A stretch of 59,896 nucleotides of DNA from NCBI RefSeq assembly GCF_006345805.1, contig NW_021833003.1, positions 1 to 59,896 on the forward strand, read 5' to 3'. Shown here in pieces: positions 23,821-37,203 of the stretch; positions within the stretch are counted from its first letter, which is position 1; the number at the start of each line of letters is the position of its first letter. The notes below the pieces were generated by a model. That model was not told the DNA's origin and searched no databases. It saw only the letters and a list, made by a program, of their open reading frames with translations. Source of the stretch: Octopus sinensis. Its lineage: Eukaryota. Made by a program: the position numbers and the translations under genes.

Positions 23821-24111
23821 TATATTTATCCATGTTTTGTTTTTTGTTCCTTAATTTTTTTTGTTTTTTTTTTGTTTAGTTCTATGTCTCTGTCCTCCAT
23901 GCTTAAAGTTGTAAGTCTTAGTTTTGCTCTGTCTTCTACAGTGAGACTTTCTGGATGAATGATACCAATTTTTCCAGCATCGAGATCATTGTGGTTCTGT
24001 TTAATAACACGATTGATAAAATGGTTTTATTCGCGTCTGTTGTTTAGTGTTCATTCTATTAATTTTCAACCAAGATTTTTACTACTATATAGATATACAC
24101 GTGCAAATTTA

Positions 24112-24315
24112 TTTAGATTATTTACATTTGACGGGTAAATATCCTCATCTTGTTTGAGGATATTTACCCAGGGTCGAAATTTCCCCAAGACACCTGATGA
24201 AGGCTGGGGGGTATATCAGACGAAATGTTGTATTAACAACAAACAAGATGAGGGCCAATATCCGTCAAATGTAAATAATGTACATAATTCTTCATCTCTT
24301 AAATATAGAACTGTA
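24112..24315 (+). mobile_element. Penelope-like pLTR with inverted copy and hammerhead core
   Basis: CTGATGA-AGGCTG-...-CAGAC-GAAA at 24194-24225. Inverted arms at 24117-24156 and 24240-24279. Confidence 0.7.
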
Positions 24316-25082
24316 AATTTATTGATAACAAATTCTTACGTACATGCATAAATACACGCGCGCGCATGCAAAATTGAATATTAAATTCTTTTCTCACTTT
24401 TGAAAATAGTATCTTCACCACGTATTTAACTGCATTAGAAATAAAATTTATGTAACATGTTTCCAACTGTTATTCACGCACACGTTCAGTCTCTATTTGT
24501 CGTTCGACAGCCTTCTACCACAACGCTATCTCATATGCGTAACAGCGACCAAACGTACATTATCACAGGGGAACTTAAAAAGGGATAAGGTTGATTTTAA
24601 AATGGATAAGGTTGATAAAAGCTTAGGGTCGTATTAACACAAGTTTATTAATCAGGTGGCACTTTTGTCAGCTTACACAACTGACGTCTGGTTTATTTTT
24701 ACTGATTACATTTCCTGTTATATACCAGTCTGCGTGATGACAGCGATAACATAGGTGAGGAGAGCTGTATACAAGCATATTAGGTTGTTATAATGAAGGC
24801 AGTGGTGGTAATGGTGATGTGTTCGTTGAAGAATGAAATCGTCTGAGCTAATGTAACAGGATTTTGTGCAAGTTACATGTTGAATCAATAAACTGTGGGA
24901 CCTGATGAAAGCTGCAAGAGAAAAGAACAAACGTAAAGAGTAAATAGGCCAAACTGTTCCTGTGAAGAAGAGAGGGGAGTAAATGGGAGAAAGATGCGAG
25001 GGGGAAACTGAAAGAAAGAAAGAAAGAAAGAAAGAAAGAAATGGAGAAAGTTATAACGGTGGCACAGAAGATAATTTAATTT

Positions 25083-25611
25083 GGATCTTTACTGTTATTT
25101 ATGACATCGTTCGTGCGTTTGTACTGGTTTTAGCTTTAAGGTTAAGGTTAGGGTTTTAGAGTTAGGGTTATGGTTGGGGTTTTAGGGTGAGGGTTAGGGT
25201 TTTAGGGTTAGGGTTAGGGTTGGGGTTTTAGGGTTAGAGTTACGGAAAAAATGAAAAATGAAGTACGAACGATTATGAAGTAAACATGCTTCAGATACAC
25301 TCGTTTATTCATACAAACGTATCTGAGATGAAATATGTCATAAATAACAGTGACAAACGAAATATACACCGCCGGAAGTTGTTGTTGACAAACAACCGCA
25401 GTAATTTTATTCGGCTGAATACACGTGACTGATTGGTTAAAATTACCGAAATACGACAACTTTAACAAGAAATAACTTCCAAAATATAGAATTTTCTCAA
25501 CAACGCCAAGAGTAAAAGATGTTTTATGTGACACTTTCTACAAGATACGAAATTTGAAAGTGTTTAGTTACAATTTTTTATTTTTATCTGTCGGTCAAAA
25601 GGTAAAGATCC
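25083..25611. mobile_element. Non-autonomous TIR element carrying degenerate telomeric repeats
   Basis: TIR GGATCTTTAC/GTAAAGATCC and a perfect 8-bp TSD TTTAATTT. TTAGGG/TTTTAGGG-like tract at about 25136-25243. Confidence 0.8.
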
Positions 25612-26088
25612 TTTAATTTTTTTTAAATTTGACTCTTAAACAGGAAAAAAGAAAAGAAAATGCAAATAACTCTTTCGAACAAACGTAGAGATGCACACAT
25701 ATATACATAGACACACATACACACTCGTACTCAATGACGCACAGACACCGTTATATAAATTAATGTAAATAGATATATAAATATACATAAGTATGTCAAA
25801 TAAATAAATAAAGAAAAGAAATGATAATATATATAAATATCTATATAAACAGCTGTATAAATATATATAGACATGTAAATGTAGATATAAAAATGCATAA
25901 TGAAAATAGACATGTAAATATACATCAATATATATGCACGTGCAAATGTGTGGATGCCTGGGAGGACCGTGAACGAAAAGAAACGGTGAAATAGTCTATC
26001 TGTTCGAAATGGAAGGAAGGGAGGAAGGAAGGGAGGGAGGAAGGAAGAGAAATTAGGTTGGAAAAAATTTTAATAAGTGGGAAAATAG

Positions 26089-26089
26089 C

Positions 26090-26180
<91 letters not shown>
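26089..26180. repeat. (GATA)n microsatellite
   Basis: Pure tetranucleotide run. Confidence 0.97.
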
Positions 26181-26181
<1 letters not shown>

Positions 26182-27104
26182 AGTTTTAAGAAAAATATTC
26201 TTTTCTACTCTAGGCACAAGGCCCGAAATTTTGGGGAAGGAGGCCAGTCGATTAGATCGATCCCAGTACGCAACTGGTACTTAATTTGTCGACTCCGAAA
26301 GGTTGAAAGGCAAAGTCGACCTCGGCGGAATTTGAACTCAGAACGCAAGGTATGTATGTATGTATGTATGTATGTATGTATGTATGTATGTATGTATGTA
26401 TGTATGTATGTACGTATGTATGTATGTATGTATGTATGCATGTATGTATGTATGTATGCGCAGATTTGCATGTTTCATGTATGTATGTATCCCCATGCAT
26501 ATAGTTGCATATCTAGACACGCTCATATATATTTAAATGATAAACTTCTGGAAAGTTTTACAGATTTTAACAGTTCCAGTGATGGATTGGATATGTAGTC
26601 CTCGAATTTATGTATGTATGTATGTAAGTATGTATGTATGTATGTATGTATGTATGTATGTATGTATGTATAAGAGAGAGAGAGATGAGGTCAGCTATGA
26701 GATCGAGTCACCATCACATACCTGATATTTCGTTTTACTTCAAAAGAAAACAATGAGCCGTTAAAAAAAAAAAGCAAAGGTTAAAATGAAAACAAAATTA
26801 TATGATATTTAAAGATAATCGAAGTGAAAGCAACAGAGGTGTTTCAACAAACGGAAAAATATTCCTGAGATTCAATAATGTCAAGATACTGAAGCTAAAG
26901 TCAATAATTTCTACCGTGACAAGAAAACCTCTTTCGAAATTTCTAAGATAACGATTTTAAATTTTGGCACAAGGCCAGCAATTATGGAGGAGAGGGTAAG
27001 CCGATTACGTCGACTCCAATGCACAATTGGTACTTATGAAAGGCAAAGTCGACCTCGGCGAAATAACAATACGAGCTAATGGTGGGTCGATGATAGAATA
27101 AATT

Positions 27105-27610
27105 GGCACTCCGTCGGTTACGACGACGGCGATTTCCGTTGGTTCGATGAACGGAACAGCCTGCTCATGAAATTAACGTGCAAGTGGCTGAGCACTCCAC
27201 GGACACATGTACCCTTAATGTAGTTCTCGAGGAGATTCAGTGTGACAAGGCTGACCCTTTGAAATAAAGGTACAACAGAAACAGGAAGAAAGAGTGAGAG
27301 AAAGTTGTGGTGAAGGAGTACAGCAGGATTCGCCCCCAACCCCTGCCGGAATATCGTGGAGCTTTAGGTGTTTTCGCTCAATAAACACTCACAACGCCCG
27401 GTCTGGGAATCGAAATCGCGATCTTACGACTGCGAAAATTCAGCGTGAGACAGAATGTGACAAGGCTGGTTCTTTGAGATACAGGTACAACTCATTTTCG
27501 CTAGCTGATTGGACGGGAACAATGTGAAATAAAGTGTCTTGCTCAAGGACACAACGTGCCACCAGGAATCGAACTCCCGACCTTATGATTGTAAGCCGGA
27601 TATCCTAATC
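27105..27610 (-). mobile_element. Diverged SINE family C copy plus a related SINE fragment
   Basis: GCACTCCGTCGGTTACGACGAC...GGGAATCGAAATCGCGATC, followed by a second fragment with GTGTCTTGCTCAAGGACACAAC. Confidence 0.75.
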
Positions 27611-28579
27611 CTCCCTAAGTTTACTTTGCTTTCTATTCTTTTGAAGTCGGTGAAATAAATATCTGTCATTTAAAAAAAAGAAAACCAATCCAGTAAAAAA
27701 AGCATCAAACACAAAACAAAAGAAACGAAAACAACCCTCTAACAACAAATAAGCTTACACAGTATATAGTTATTTGTTTTACATTCTAAGGAAGAAACAT
27801 AGAGGGGTGCTCGACGTTTCGTGCAGTACGCCTTCGAAGGTTGTCAGATTGCACTGAATTCGGATTCTCTTTTTTTTTTCCTTCATCTTTTAGTCAGGAG
27901 GAAAAGTAATGCTCATGACCTTTTAGAGGGCTTCCAAGTCTGGTTGAGGGTGGCAGTGTAAAGTACCTTCAAACCGGATACATGGTAAGAATGCTTGGAG
28001 CAGAATGGATCACGCTAAAAGCTTTTAATATACAGGGTGGTTAAAACAGACGACGATTTAAGTCTACCACCCATGTACGCTGTAGCGAAATTTGAACACA
28101 ACTTAAAGATCATGTTTAAAACATATTCGGCAAGACACCCGGTTTGACGTTCTTACGATACTGCCAATTCACCGCCTCCGATTCGTACTTTTTTTATCGA
28201 TCCGAAACGATGAAGAGCAAAAGCAAAGTTAACCTCAGTGGGATCTGAATTCAGAAAACAAAGAGCTGGAACAAATACTTTAAAGCATCCGCCCCGATAT
28301 TCTTACAGTTCTGGCAACGCACCACCTTAAATTGGAACATTTTCAACTTTCTTTTGTCACCCCCGAAATGATGAAAGACAAATTCGACCTCGGTGAGATT
28401 TGAACTTGGAGCGTAAAAAACCGAAACAAATACTGTGAAGTATTATATCTGATATTCTAACGACTTTGCCAATTTTCTGCTAAGATAAATAACAATAGAA
28501 ATGGAAAAATGATGTAATTGATAATACACTAGATAGTGGTGGTCCAGAAAGGCTGAAACCAGTAAAAGAATAAAGAATG

Positions 28580-28765
28580 CTGTTGTGTCTGGGGAAAGTA
28601 ATTTTCTTTTTGTGCCTTATAATTTAACACACGCACCGGTAAAATTTCCACTTATTTCTCATTTTTATTTTCCTAAAATTTTCGTTGCGTCTTGCAACCT
28701 TTTCAATATCCTTCAACACACGAACTTACATAAAGAATCTTGCAAACCAAATCCAAAAACGAAAT
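28580..28765. mobile_element. Second copy of the pLTR-like element at 138-436
   Basis: Matches 185-315. The 138-183 segment is present here in inverted form at about 28717-28765. Confidence 0.6.
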
Positions 28766-28829
28766 AAGGAATTCGTTGTTTATAAAAGAACAGTGAGATC
28801 TGGAGTCAATGGGTCATTGGAACATCACT

Positions 28830-28905
28830 GAAGTGGTGGTAACGATGACGACGGCGGAGACACTGACGACTACGATGATGACGACAGGAGCATTGATGAT
28901 GAAAA

Positions 28906-28939
<34 letters not shown>

Positions 28940-29315
28940 CGTCGTCGTGGTCGTCGTGGTGGTTGTGGTGATGGTGGGTGGGGGTGAAAATGATGATGAC
29001 GATGATGATGATGATGATGATGATGAGGAGGAGGAGGAGGAGGAGGAGGAGGATGACGATGACGACGACGACGACGACGACGACGATGATGATAACTACA
29101 ACGACGACGATAACGACGACAACAGCGATGATGGCGAGCCATGTCGATGATGAGAATGATGATGACGAGGATGATGACGATGACGACGACGACGACACCA
29201 TGATGGCCACGTCAATGATGAAAATGATGATGACGACGACATTGACAACGACGATGACGACCACGACCGTAATGATAATGATGATGATGGTGATGATGAT
29301 GATGATGATGATGAG
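28830..29315. repeat. Compound (GAT)/(GAC)/(GAG)/(GGT) trinucleotide tract
   Basis: Low-complexity run, open in several frames on both strands. Confidence 0.9.
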
Positions 29316-30383
29316 TCATATGAGAGAGGAGAGAAGAAGGGAGACAGAAGGATTGAGATTAGGGAGAGTTGATGGTGATAGTGGGGGCGGTGTTAGGAAT
29401 TGACAACAGATTAAGATAACGAAGGAAAATAATTTAAAATCCGTGAAACCTCCACCATCGCATCCCATCTCCCACACATATCTACTCAGACATGCAAAAT
29501 AGATAAATGAATAAATCAATTAATTAATTAACAAACAAACAAATAAATATATAAATAAACTTCTTTGGTATGAGATTAGTCGGAGGTGAAGAAAAAGATT
29601 ATGAGCATTAAAACAACAACAGCACAAACAACAAAAAGTCTAACAACAAATTAAAAACAAACAACAACAAACATGTTATGCTTGATGATGATATTAAATG
29701 CAGTGAACCGTAAAATCATTTTAGCAACATTTACTTGATTTTATTCCCCAGCATATCAAACACCAAAAGCAGAATCACGTGTCACCGGAAGTAGAAAACT
29801 AACTTTTTGTTCTTTTTTTTTTCTTTTAATTTATTTCTATATATATTATGTATTTGCATATATCCGTTTATTTAATTATAATCATGATTACGATTAGTGT
29901 TTTAGTTCGTTTCACTTCTCCATTCTGAGTTTGATTTAACATTCTCACTATAACAGACGAGAGACAGAGATCTCTTTAAACGACAATAATAAGCTGTATC
30001 ATTCTTTATATTTCAAGTTCCCGTTCTAATTTTTGGTTGTCGCACGAAGGAAAAGGTTAGTTGATTTGACTCTCCTGTTATTCTTTTTACTATTTCACAT
30101 GCTTACTGGGTTTATTTAACTGGACTGTGGCCGTGACGGGACATCGTCTGCAAAGAAATATAGTCGATCGTATCGACTACAGTACTTATTTCAGCCTAGT
30201 ATTTATTTTTATCAATATCTATTTGTTGAACCGCTAAGTTATAGGGCATGAAGGGACACAACATAAACGCATACTTAGAGATGCAGTGGCATATGCACTC
30301 ACACGCACACACAAATTACAGACAACTGCACATACATATATACATATTTATACACACACACATATATACACATGCACACACAT

Positions 30384-30459
<76 letters not shown>

Positions 30460-31154
30460 ATATATATATATATTCTATACATATACATATACAGTCGTGA
30501 GTAAGCCGAAGTCACTATCACTTCGAAGTCACTATCACTTCGAAGTCGCTATCAACCTTTACTTTGTAAAAGTTTTATAAACATGTACTCCGCTAAAAAG
30601 TTTGGTGTAATTCTTCACTTTAATGTTAAATTGTTTTTATTATGGCTTTATATTCTAAAAAAATACATTAATATATATATATACAAGAGTTGAACAAAAT
30701 AATGGAAACTCCACTTTTATTTAACTGCTTTTTCTCTTGGCAATATCACTAATTCAAAACTGTTCTAGTCTGTGTATATGTTTCCATGTGCAATACGTAT
30801 ACTTAATGATACAGATCTCTGTTTTTCTTTCTTTTTTATCTTTATTTTTGGGCAGATATTATATTCAAATAAGTTAGAATAGCACGGTCTATCTGATTTC
30901 CTCGGAGGACAAATTGTTGGAGCGTAGATGGGTGGAGTTTCAGTCACTAAAACCTGCTGAATTGTTTAATGTTTCGAGAGCTACTAAAATCCTGTTGGTA
31001 TTCCAAAACCAAAGTAAAACCAGTTCTGGTAAGCATAATTTGGGATAAAGGCAAAATTCACTGAGCGAGACGGCAGAATTGTGAAACGTATTGTCCAAAA
31101 ACCATTAAGGTACAGCAGCAAAAGTGACAGCAGAGCTCAACCACCACCATCGTA

Positions 31155-31455
31155 GAGGTACATGGCCTAGTTGTTAGAGCAGCGGACTCGCGGTCGATGG
31201 ATCGCGGGTTCGAATCTCAGTCCGGACGATGTGTGTTTATAAGCGAAACACCTAAGCTCCACGCGGCTCCGGCAGAAAGTAATGGCGAAACTTCTGCTGA
31301 CTCTTTCGCCACAACTTTCTCACTCTTTCCTCCTGCATCTTGCAGCTCATCTGCGATGGACCGGCGTCCCGTCCAGGTGGGGAACCTACACGCCAAGAAA
31401 CCGGGAAACCGGCCCTTATGAACCAGGCATGGCTCGAGAAGGAACAAACAAAAAA
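31155..31455 (+). mobile_element. SINE sharing the family C head but with a different body
   Basis: GAGGTACATGGCCTAGTTGTTAGAGCAGCGGACTCGCGG...GGTTCGAATC. A-rich tail. AACCACCACC duplicated at the flanks. Confidence 0.8.
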
Positions 31456-31842
31456 CCACCACCTGGCCAATCTTGCGTCAACCATAACTGGTTGTCACGA
31501 ACCCCATAAAGCTGATTAACATCGAAAGGCAGCAAGTGCTAAACCTCTTCTGTCCCCTATCAACATTCATAAGTGGTGGGTGGAGGGAATGATGTTTCGA
31601 TTTTCAGAAGTGGTCAATGGCTCAAAAGAACAAAGTTAACTTCTCTGATCAATCAATATTTATCCTTTTTCTCACTTCGGAATAAGTTTGTTTCTGGAGA
31701 CAGAACAAACAAGCCTTCAACCTGACTAGTTGTCCCCGACAGTGAAGCATGGAGTGATTGTATGATGTTTTGGGCAACCAAATCACAGAATTCTCTTAGC
31801 CCTTTAGTTGCACTACATCGCAGAGTTAACATCAAGGATTGT

Positions 31843-32225
31843 GGAGGAGCAATGGCTCAGTGGTTAGGGCAGCGGACTCGCGGTCATAGGATAGCGGTTT
31901 CGATTCCCAGACCGGGCGTTGTGAGTGTTTATTGAGCGAAAACACCTAAAGCTCCACGAGGCTCCGGCAGGGGATGGTGGTGATCCCTGCTGTACTCTTT
32001 CGCCACAACTTTCTCTCACTCTTACTTCCTGCTTCTGTTGTACCTGTATTTCAAGGGGCCGGCCTTGTCACTCTCTGTGTCACGCTGAATATCCCCGAGA
32101 ACTACGTTAAGGGTACACGTGTCTGTGGAGTGCTCAGCCACTTACACGTTAATTTCACGAGCAGGCTGTTCCGTTGATTCGGATCAACCGGAACCCTCGT
32201 CGTCGTAACCGACGGAGTGCTTCCA
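31843..32225 (+). mobile_element. SINE family C, full length
   Basis: TSD AACATCAAGGATT. Interrupts the Tc1 transposase. Confidence 0.93.
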
Positions 32226-32681
32226 ACATCAAGGATTATCTGAGTATTTTGACTGATTATATCTATCCAGTGGTACAAACTTTGTTCTTTGTTGGTAGCG
32301 CAATCTTTCAGGACGATAATGCACCGATTCACACGGCTAATATTAAATATTGTTCAAAATTGGTACGAAGATCACAAATGTGAAATAGACCACTTGAGTT
32401 GGCCCTCCACAATCACCGTATCTCAACATAATCGAAATTTACGGTGCATTTTTGAGCAGCTCGTGGGGAGCCGCTTTTCTCCGCCATTTTTGCTGAAAGA
32501 ACTAATGTAGGTTTTAATTGAAAAATAGCTCAAAATTCCCTCAGAAACTGTTCAGAACTTGTACGTCTCAATTCCTTGACATTAAATTTCTGATTGATGT
32601 CAAGCCTGGACCCAAATCAAATGATAAAACTTCTTTTCGACAAGATATTTCCATTATTTTGTCCAGCCACCGTATGTAGAC

Positions 32682-32682
<1 letters not shown>

Positions 32683-32712
<30 letters not shown>

Positions 32713-33074
32713 TGTATGTATGTATGTATGTATGTATGTATGTGTGTATGTATGTGTGTATGTATGTATGTATGTATGTATGTATGTATGTATGTATATA
32801 TGTATGTATGTATGTATGTGTGTATGTATGTATGTGTATGTATGTATGTATGTGTGTATGTATGTGTGTATGTATGTGTGTATATGTATGTATGTATGTA
32901 TGTGTGTATGCATGTACGTACATACGTACGTATGTATGTATGTATGTATGTATGTATGTATGTATGTATGTATGTATGTATGTATGTGTGTATGTATGTA
33001 TGTATGTATGTATGTATGTATGTATGTATGTATGTATGTATGTATGTATGTATGTATGTATGTATGTGTGTATG

Positions 33075-33108
<34 letters not shown>

Positions 33109-33180
33109 TGTGCGTATGTATGTATGTATGTATGTATGTATGTATGTATGTATGTATGTATGTATGTATGTATGTATGTA
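32683..33180. repeat. (TATG)n microsatellite
   Basis: About 500 bp of tetranucleotide repeat. Confidence 0.96.
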
Positions 33181-33184
33181 TTAT

Positions 33185-33478
33185 TGTTTTTTGTATTTAT
33201 ATTCGTATTATTTTTGGTTTTTGTTTTTTATTTATATTCGTGTAACATCGTCCGTTTTTCTGTCCATGTTTCGTATACATTCGATCCTTTTTCCAAGAAA
33301 TCTAATGCTTGTAGCTTAGTTTTTCCTTGGGGCTGGCCAGATTGGAGCAATCTCAAGATTAATCAGCCGAAATTGCGAGGATGATCCGGTTCTTGACTGG
33401 AGATTAGAGGCTTCGAATGACCCGTCCGTGCTTTTTGTATCGTCTATTTGAATGTTTTGCGTTCTTGTCCCATTTTGT
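33185..33478 (+). mobile_element. Penelope-like pLTR fragment
   Basis: Homologous to 5015-5165 (inverted). GGCTG...CAGCC-GAAA stem. Confidence 0.45.
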
Positions 33479-33785
33479 ATATATATATATATATATATAT
33501 AGCAGCGTACGTACACCTTGTTCTCTTATATGTATGTATGTATGTTCTCTTCCTCATTTTAATTTAAGTAAAGTTTTCAAACGGTTACCGACTTAGTAGC
33601 AAGGTTATGAAGAAAAGTATCTTGATTTAACCGTTATCGTTGGTCTTGCAAATTTTTATAGTTCCAGATATCGTGATCATTTGTAGTATATGAACCAACA
33701 ATCTGCATTCTCTTTCCAAGATCCCAAATTCAGCTGCATGAACGTCTGTACGTATGTATGTATGTGGGTATGTATGTATGTATGT

Positions 33786-34168
33786 GGAAGCGCAATGGCC
33801 CAGTGGTTAGGGCAGCGGACTCGCGGTCATAGGATCGCGGTTTCGATTCCCACACCGGGCGTTGTGAGTCTTTATTGAGCGAAAACACCTAAAGCTCCAC
33901 GAGGCTCCGGCAGGGGATGGTGGTGATCCCTGCTGTACTCTTTCACCACAACTTTCTCTCACTCTTACTTCCTGTTTCTGTTGTACATGTATTTCAAAGG
34001 GCCGGCCTTGTCAATCTCTGTGTCACGCTGAATATCCCCGAGAACTACGTTAAGGGTGCACGTGTCTGTGGAGTGCTCAGCCACTTACACGTTAATTTCA
34101 CGAGCAGGCTGTTCCGTTGATTCGGATCAACCGGAACCCTCGTCGTCGTAACCGACGGAGTGCTTCCA
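33786..34168 (+). mobile_element. SINE family C, full length
   Basis: Family consensus head and TTCCA(TTCCA) tail, inserted in (TATG)n. Confidence 0.92.
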
Positions 34169-34546
34169 TTCCATCCCATGTATGTATGTATGTGAGTGTA
34201 TGTGTGCGTATGTATGATGAATGTCTGCGAACTCGCTCGTGTATAAGGCAACAAATACAAACATACATAGGAGTGGGTGAACAAACAAAAGAAACACTCA
34301 ACGTATTTAATTTCTGTTTTAAGTATTGACTCAGATCCATATTACTTAAAGGCTCTTAAAATTAGTTAAATTTTATTAAATTTTACAAATATATAATCAT
34401 GAAACTTAAAATTATATATTTCAAAGAATCTATTTTACATATAATGAATATAACCAGAGTCACGAAGTGGAAAACAGCAGAAGCAGAAAAGAAAAGATGA
34501 AAAGCCGCAAATGTCAGGTAGGTTCTGTTTTGCGTTTATTGTTATA

Positions 34547-34605
<59 letters not shown>

Positions 34606-34866
34606 AAATGTTAATGCAAAATCGGGCAAACAGGTTAACTACCTCAATTTCCACGTTTATATTTGAAATATAAAAATTTCACAATTTCACAATTGCGAAA
34701 ATCTCTTTGAAAATATCCTTCCAATATCATTGGAATTTTTATGAGATTTTCTCAAACTTCTCTTTATATTGAGTTTTTGCTTCAAAGCTCTGTGTGTGCG
34801 TCTGTGTGTAATACATAGATACAACATACATACATATATACATACAAGCAAAAATACATACATACA

Positions 34867-35060
34867 TAGGCGCAGGAGTGGCTGTGTGGTAAGTAGCTTG
34901 CTAACCAACCACATGGTTCTGGGTTCAGTCCCACTGCGTGGCATCTTGGGCAAGTGTTTTCTGCTATAGCCCCGGGCCGACCAATGCCTTGTGAGTGGAT
35001 TTGGTAGACGGAAACTGAAAGAAGCCTGTCGTTTATATGTATATATATATATATGTGTGC

Positions 35061-35095
<35 letters not shown>

Positions 35096-35280
35096 TCCCC
35101 CTAGCATTGCTTGACAACCGATGCTGATGTGTTTACGTCCCCGTCACTTAGCGGTTCGGCAAAAGAGACCGATAGAGTAAGTACTGGGCTTTCAAAGAAT
35201 AAGTCCCGGAGTCGATTTGCTCGACTAAAGGCGGTGCTCCAGCATGGCCGCAGTCAAATGACTGAAACAAGTAAAAAAAA
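34867..35280 (+). mobile_element. SINE family B, full length
   Basis: Near-identical to 12515-12930. Confidence 0.9.
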
Positions 35281-35645
35281 AAAAATACATACATACATAC
35301 ATACATACGGTTGTATGGTTAAGAAGTTCGCTCTGCAGCCACTTGGTTTCAGGTTCTGTCCTACTGCTCAGTGACTTGTGCAAGTTTCTTCTACTATAGC
35401 CGGCGCCGACTAAGGTCTTGCGAGGGAATTAATAGACGGAAATTGTATGGAAACCCGTTGCGTATATATATATATATATATATATGATATATATATATAT
35501 ATTATATATATATATATAATATATATATTATATATATATACATATATATATATACATATATATATATATTACATATATATATATATATAGAATATATATA
35601 TATATATATATATAATATATATATTATATATATATATATATATTA

Positions 35646-35677
<32 letters not shown>

Positions 35678-35680
35678 TAC

Positions 35681-35719
<39 letters not shown>

Positions 35720-35723
35720 GTTG

Positions 35724-36062
35724 AGGCGGCGAGCTGGCAGAAACGTTACCAAGCCGGGCGAAATGCTTTGTTGTATTTCGTCCGCCGCTGCGTTCTGAGT
35801 TCAAATTCCGCCGAGGTTGACTTTACCTTTCATCCTTTCGGGGTCGATAAATTATGTACCAGTTACGCACTGGGGGTCGATGTAATCGACTTAATCCGTT
35901 TTCGTCTGCCGTTACGTTCTGGGTTCAAACTCCGCCGAGGTCGACTTTGCCTCTCATCCTTTCGGGGTCAATAAAATATCTAATAATAAAAGCACTGGGG
36001 TCGATGTAACCGATTTATCTCCTTTCCTGAAACTCCTGGCATTGTGCCAAAATTTGAAACCA
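35724..36062 (+). mobile_element. SINE family A, nested pair
   Basis: Head GGCGGCGAGCTGGCAG and two GGTYGACTTT.CCT.TCATCCTTTCGGGGTC cores. Confidence 0.85.
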
Positions 36063-36499
36063 TTATTAGAGTTGTTGTTGTTGTTGTTGTCGTCACTTCT
36101 TTCCAATATTTGATGTACCAAAAAGCCAGAGAGCAAAGCTTAATCTCTTTAAACGCAGCGCTGATTAAACTAATAATTGGAACTCTAAAGTCTGCAGTGA
36201 AATTACCTACGCTCTTTCACGATGGCTCGTTTGATCAAATTATAGTTTCCTGTGTAAGCGAGAATATATCACGGTTAAATGAGCAGCAGACTAATATCCT
36301 AATGATAGTTTATTATATTATCAGTACAGATCGACTGATGAAGTTAGCTCTATTTAAAATTGACTAACACAATTTGTTATTTCTACTCTGTCTATAGTAA
36401 TGGAAGTGAAGGCACACGGCCTAGCGGTTAGAGACTTCGGCTAGTGCACGGCCGAGCGACTGGATCGGTGTTCACCACCGGGGTTTTACATAGCTCAGT

Positions 36500-36883
36500 G
36501 GAGGCGCAATGGCCCAGTGGTTAGAGCAGCGGACTCGTGGTCATAGGATCGCGGTTTCGATTCCCAGACCGGGCGTTGTGAGTGTTTATTGAGCGAAAAC
36601 ACCTAAAGGTCCACGAGGCTCCGGCAGGGGATGGTGGTGATCCCTGCTGTACTCTTTCACCACAACTTTCTCTCACTCTTACTTCCTGTTTCTGTTGTAC
36701 CTGTATTTCAAAGAGGCCGGCCTTGTCACTCTCTGTGTCATGCTGAATATCCCCGAGAACTACGTTAAGGGTACACGTGTCTGTGGAGTGCTCAGCCACT
36801 TACACGTTAATTTAACGAGCAGGCTGTTTCGTTGATTCGGATCAACCGGAACCCTCATCGTCGTAACCGACGGAGTGCTTCCA
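36500..36883 (+). mobile_element. SINE family C, full length
   Basis: TSD TTACATAGCTCA. Confidence 0.93.
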
Positions 36884-37203
36884 TCCCACTTACATAGCTC
36901 AACAATTTCCCTGCTACTGAAACTTGTTCTCTCAGTGAATGCTATGGCAAACCTATACAACTAAACGCGTGAAAAACAAATTAAGAATTTGGAAAGAAGT
37001 TCCTGTAAAACTAGATTTTATACATCGAATGGTTATAGGGTCCACAAGAATAAAATGGGAATCAAAGGGGTCCATAGGTAAAAATTAGTTGAGAACCGCT
37101 GGGTTTGATCTTTGCCAAGGTTACGCAGAGCCGGATTAAGACCCATAGAAGCCCTAAGCACTTAAAAGATGTTGGTGCCCCCATATAAATGTAATTCAAA
37201 CTA

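Larger units (their letters stand above)
30684..32672 (+). mobile_element. Tc1-like (DD34E-type) DNA transposon, defective, with two nested SINEs
   Basis: TA-flanked TIRs CAAGAGTTGAACAAAATAATGGAAAC / TTTCCATTATTTTGTCCAGCCACCG. Transposase remnants LSDF..GQIVGA, AELFNVSRAT, FSDQS, PTVKHG, IFQDDNAPIHTA and WP.QSP.LNIIE. Confidence 0.88.

Noticed and set aside
24729-24754. 26-nt candidate exon (CCAG|...ATAG|GTGAGG)
   Set aside because: Not frame-preserving, no partner exons are identifiable, and such signals arise by chance.
28806-29403. Acidic poly-Asp/Glu or poly-His protein exon
   Set aside because: A compound trinucleotide tract open in many frames, with no convincing splice sites or non-repetitive coding flank.
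29774-29792. Promoter from adjacent CACGTG and CCGGAAGT motifs
   Set aside because: Two short motifs with no associated gene or CpG-rich context are not enough support.
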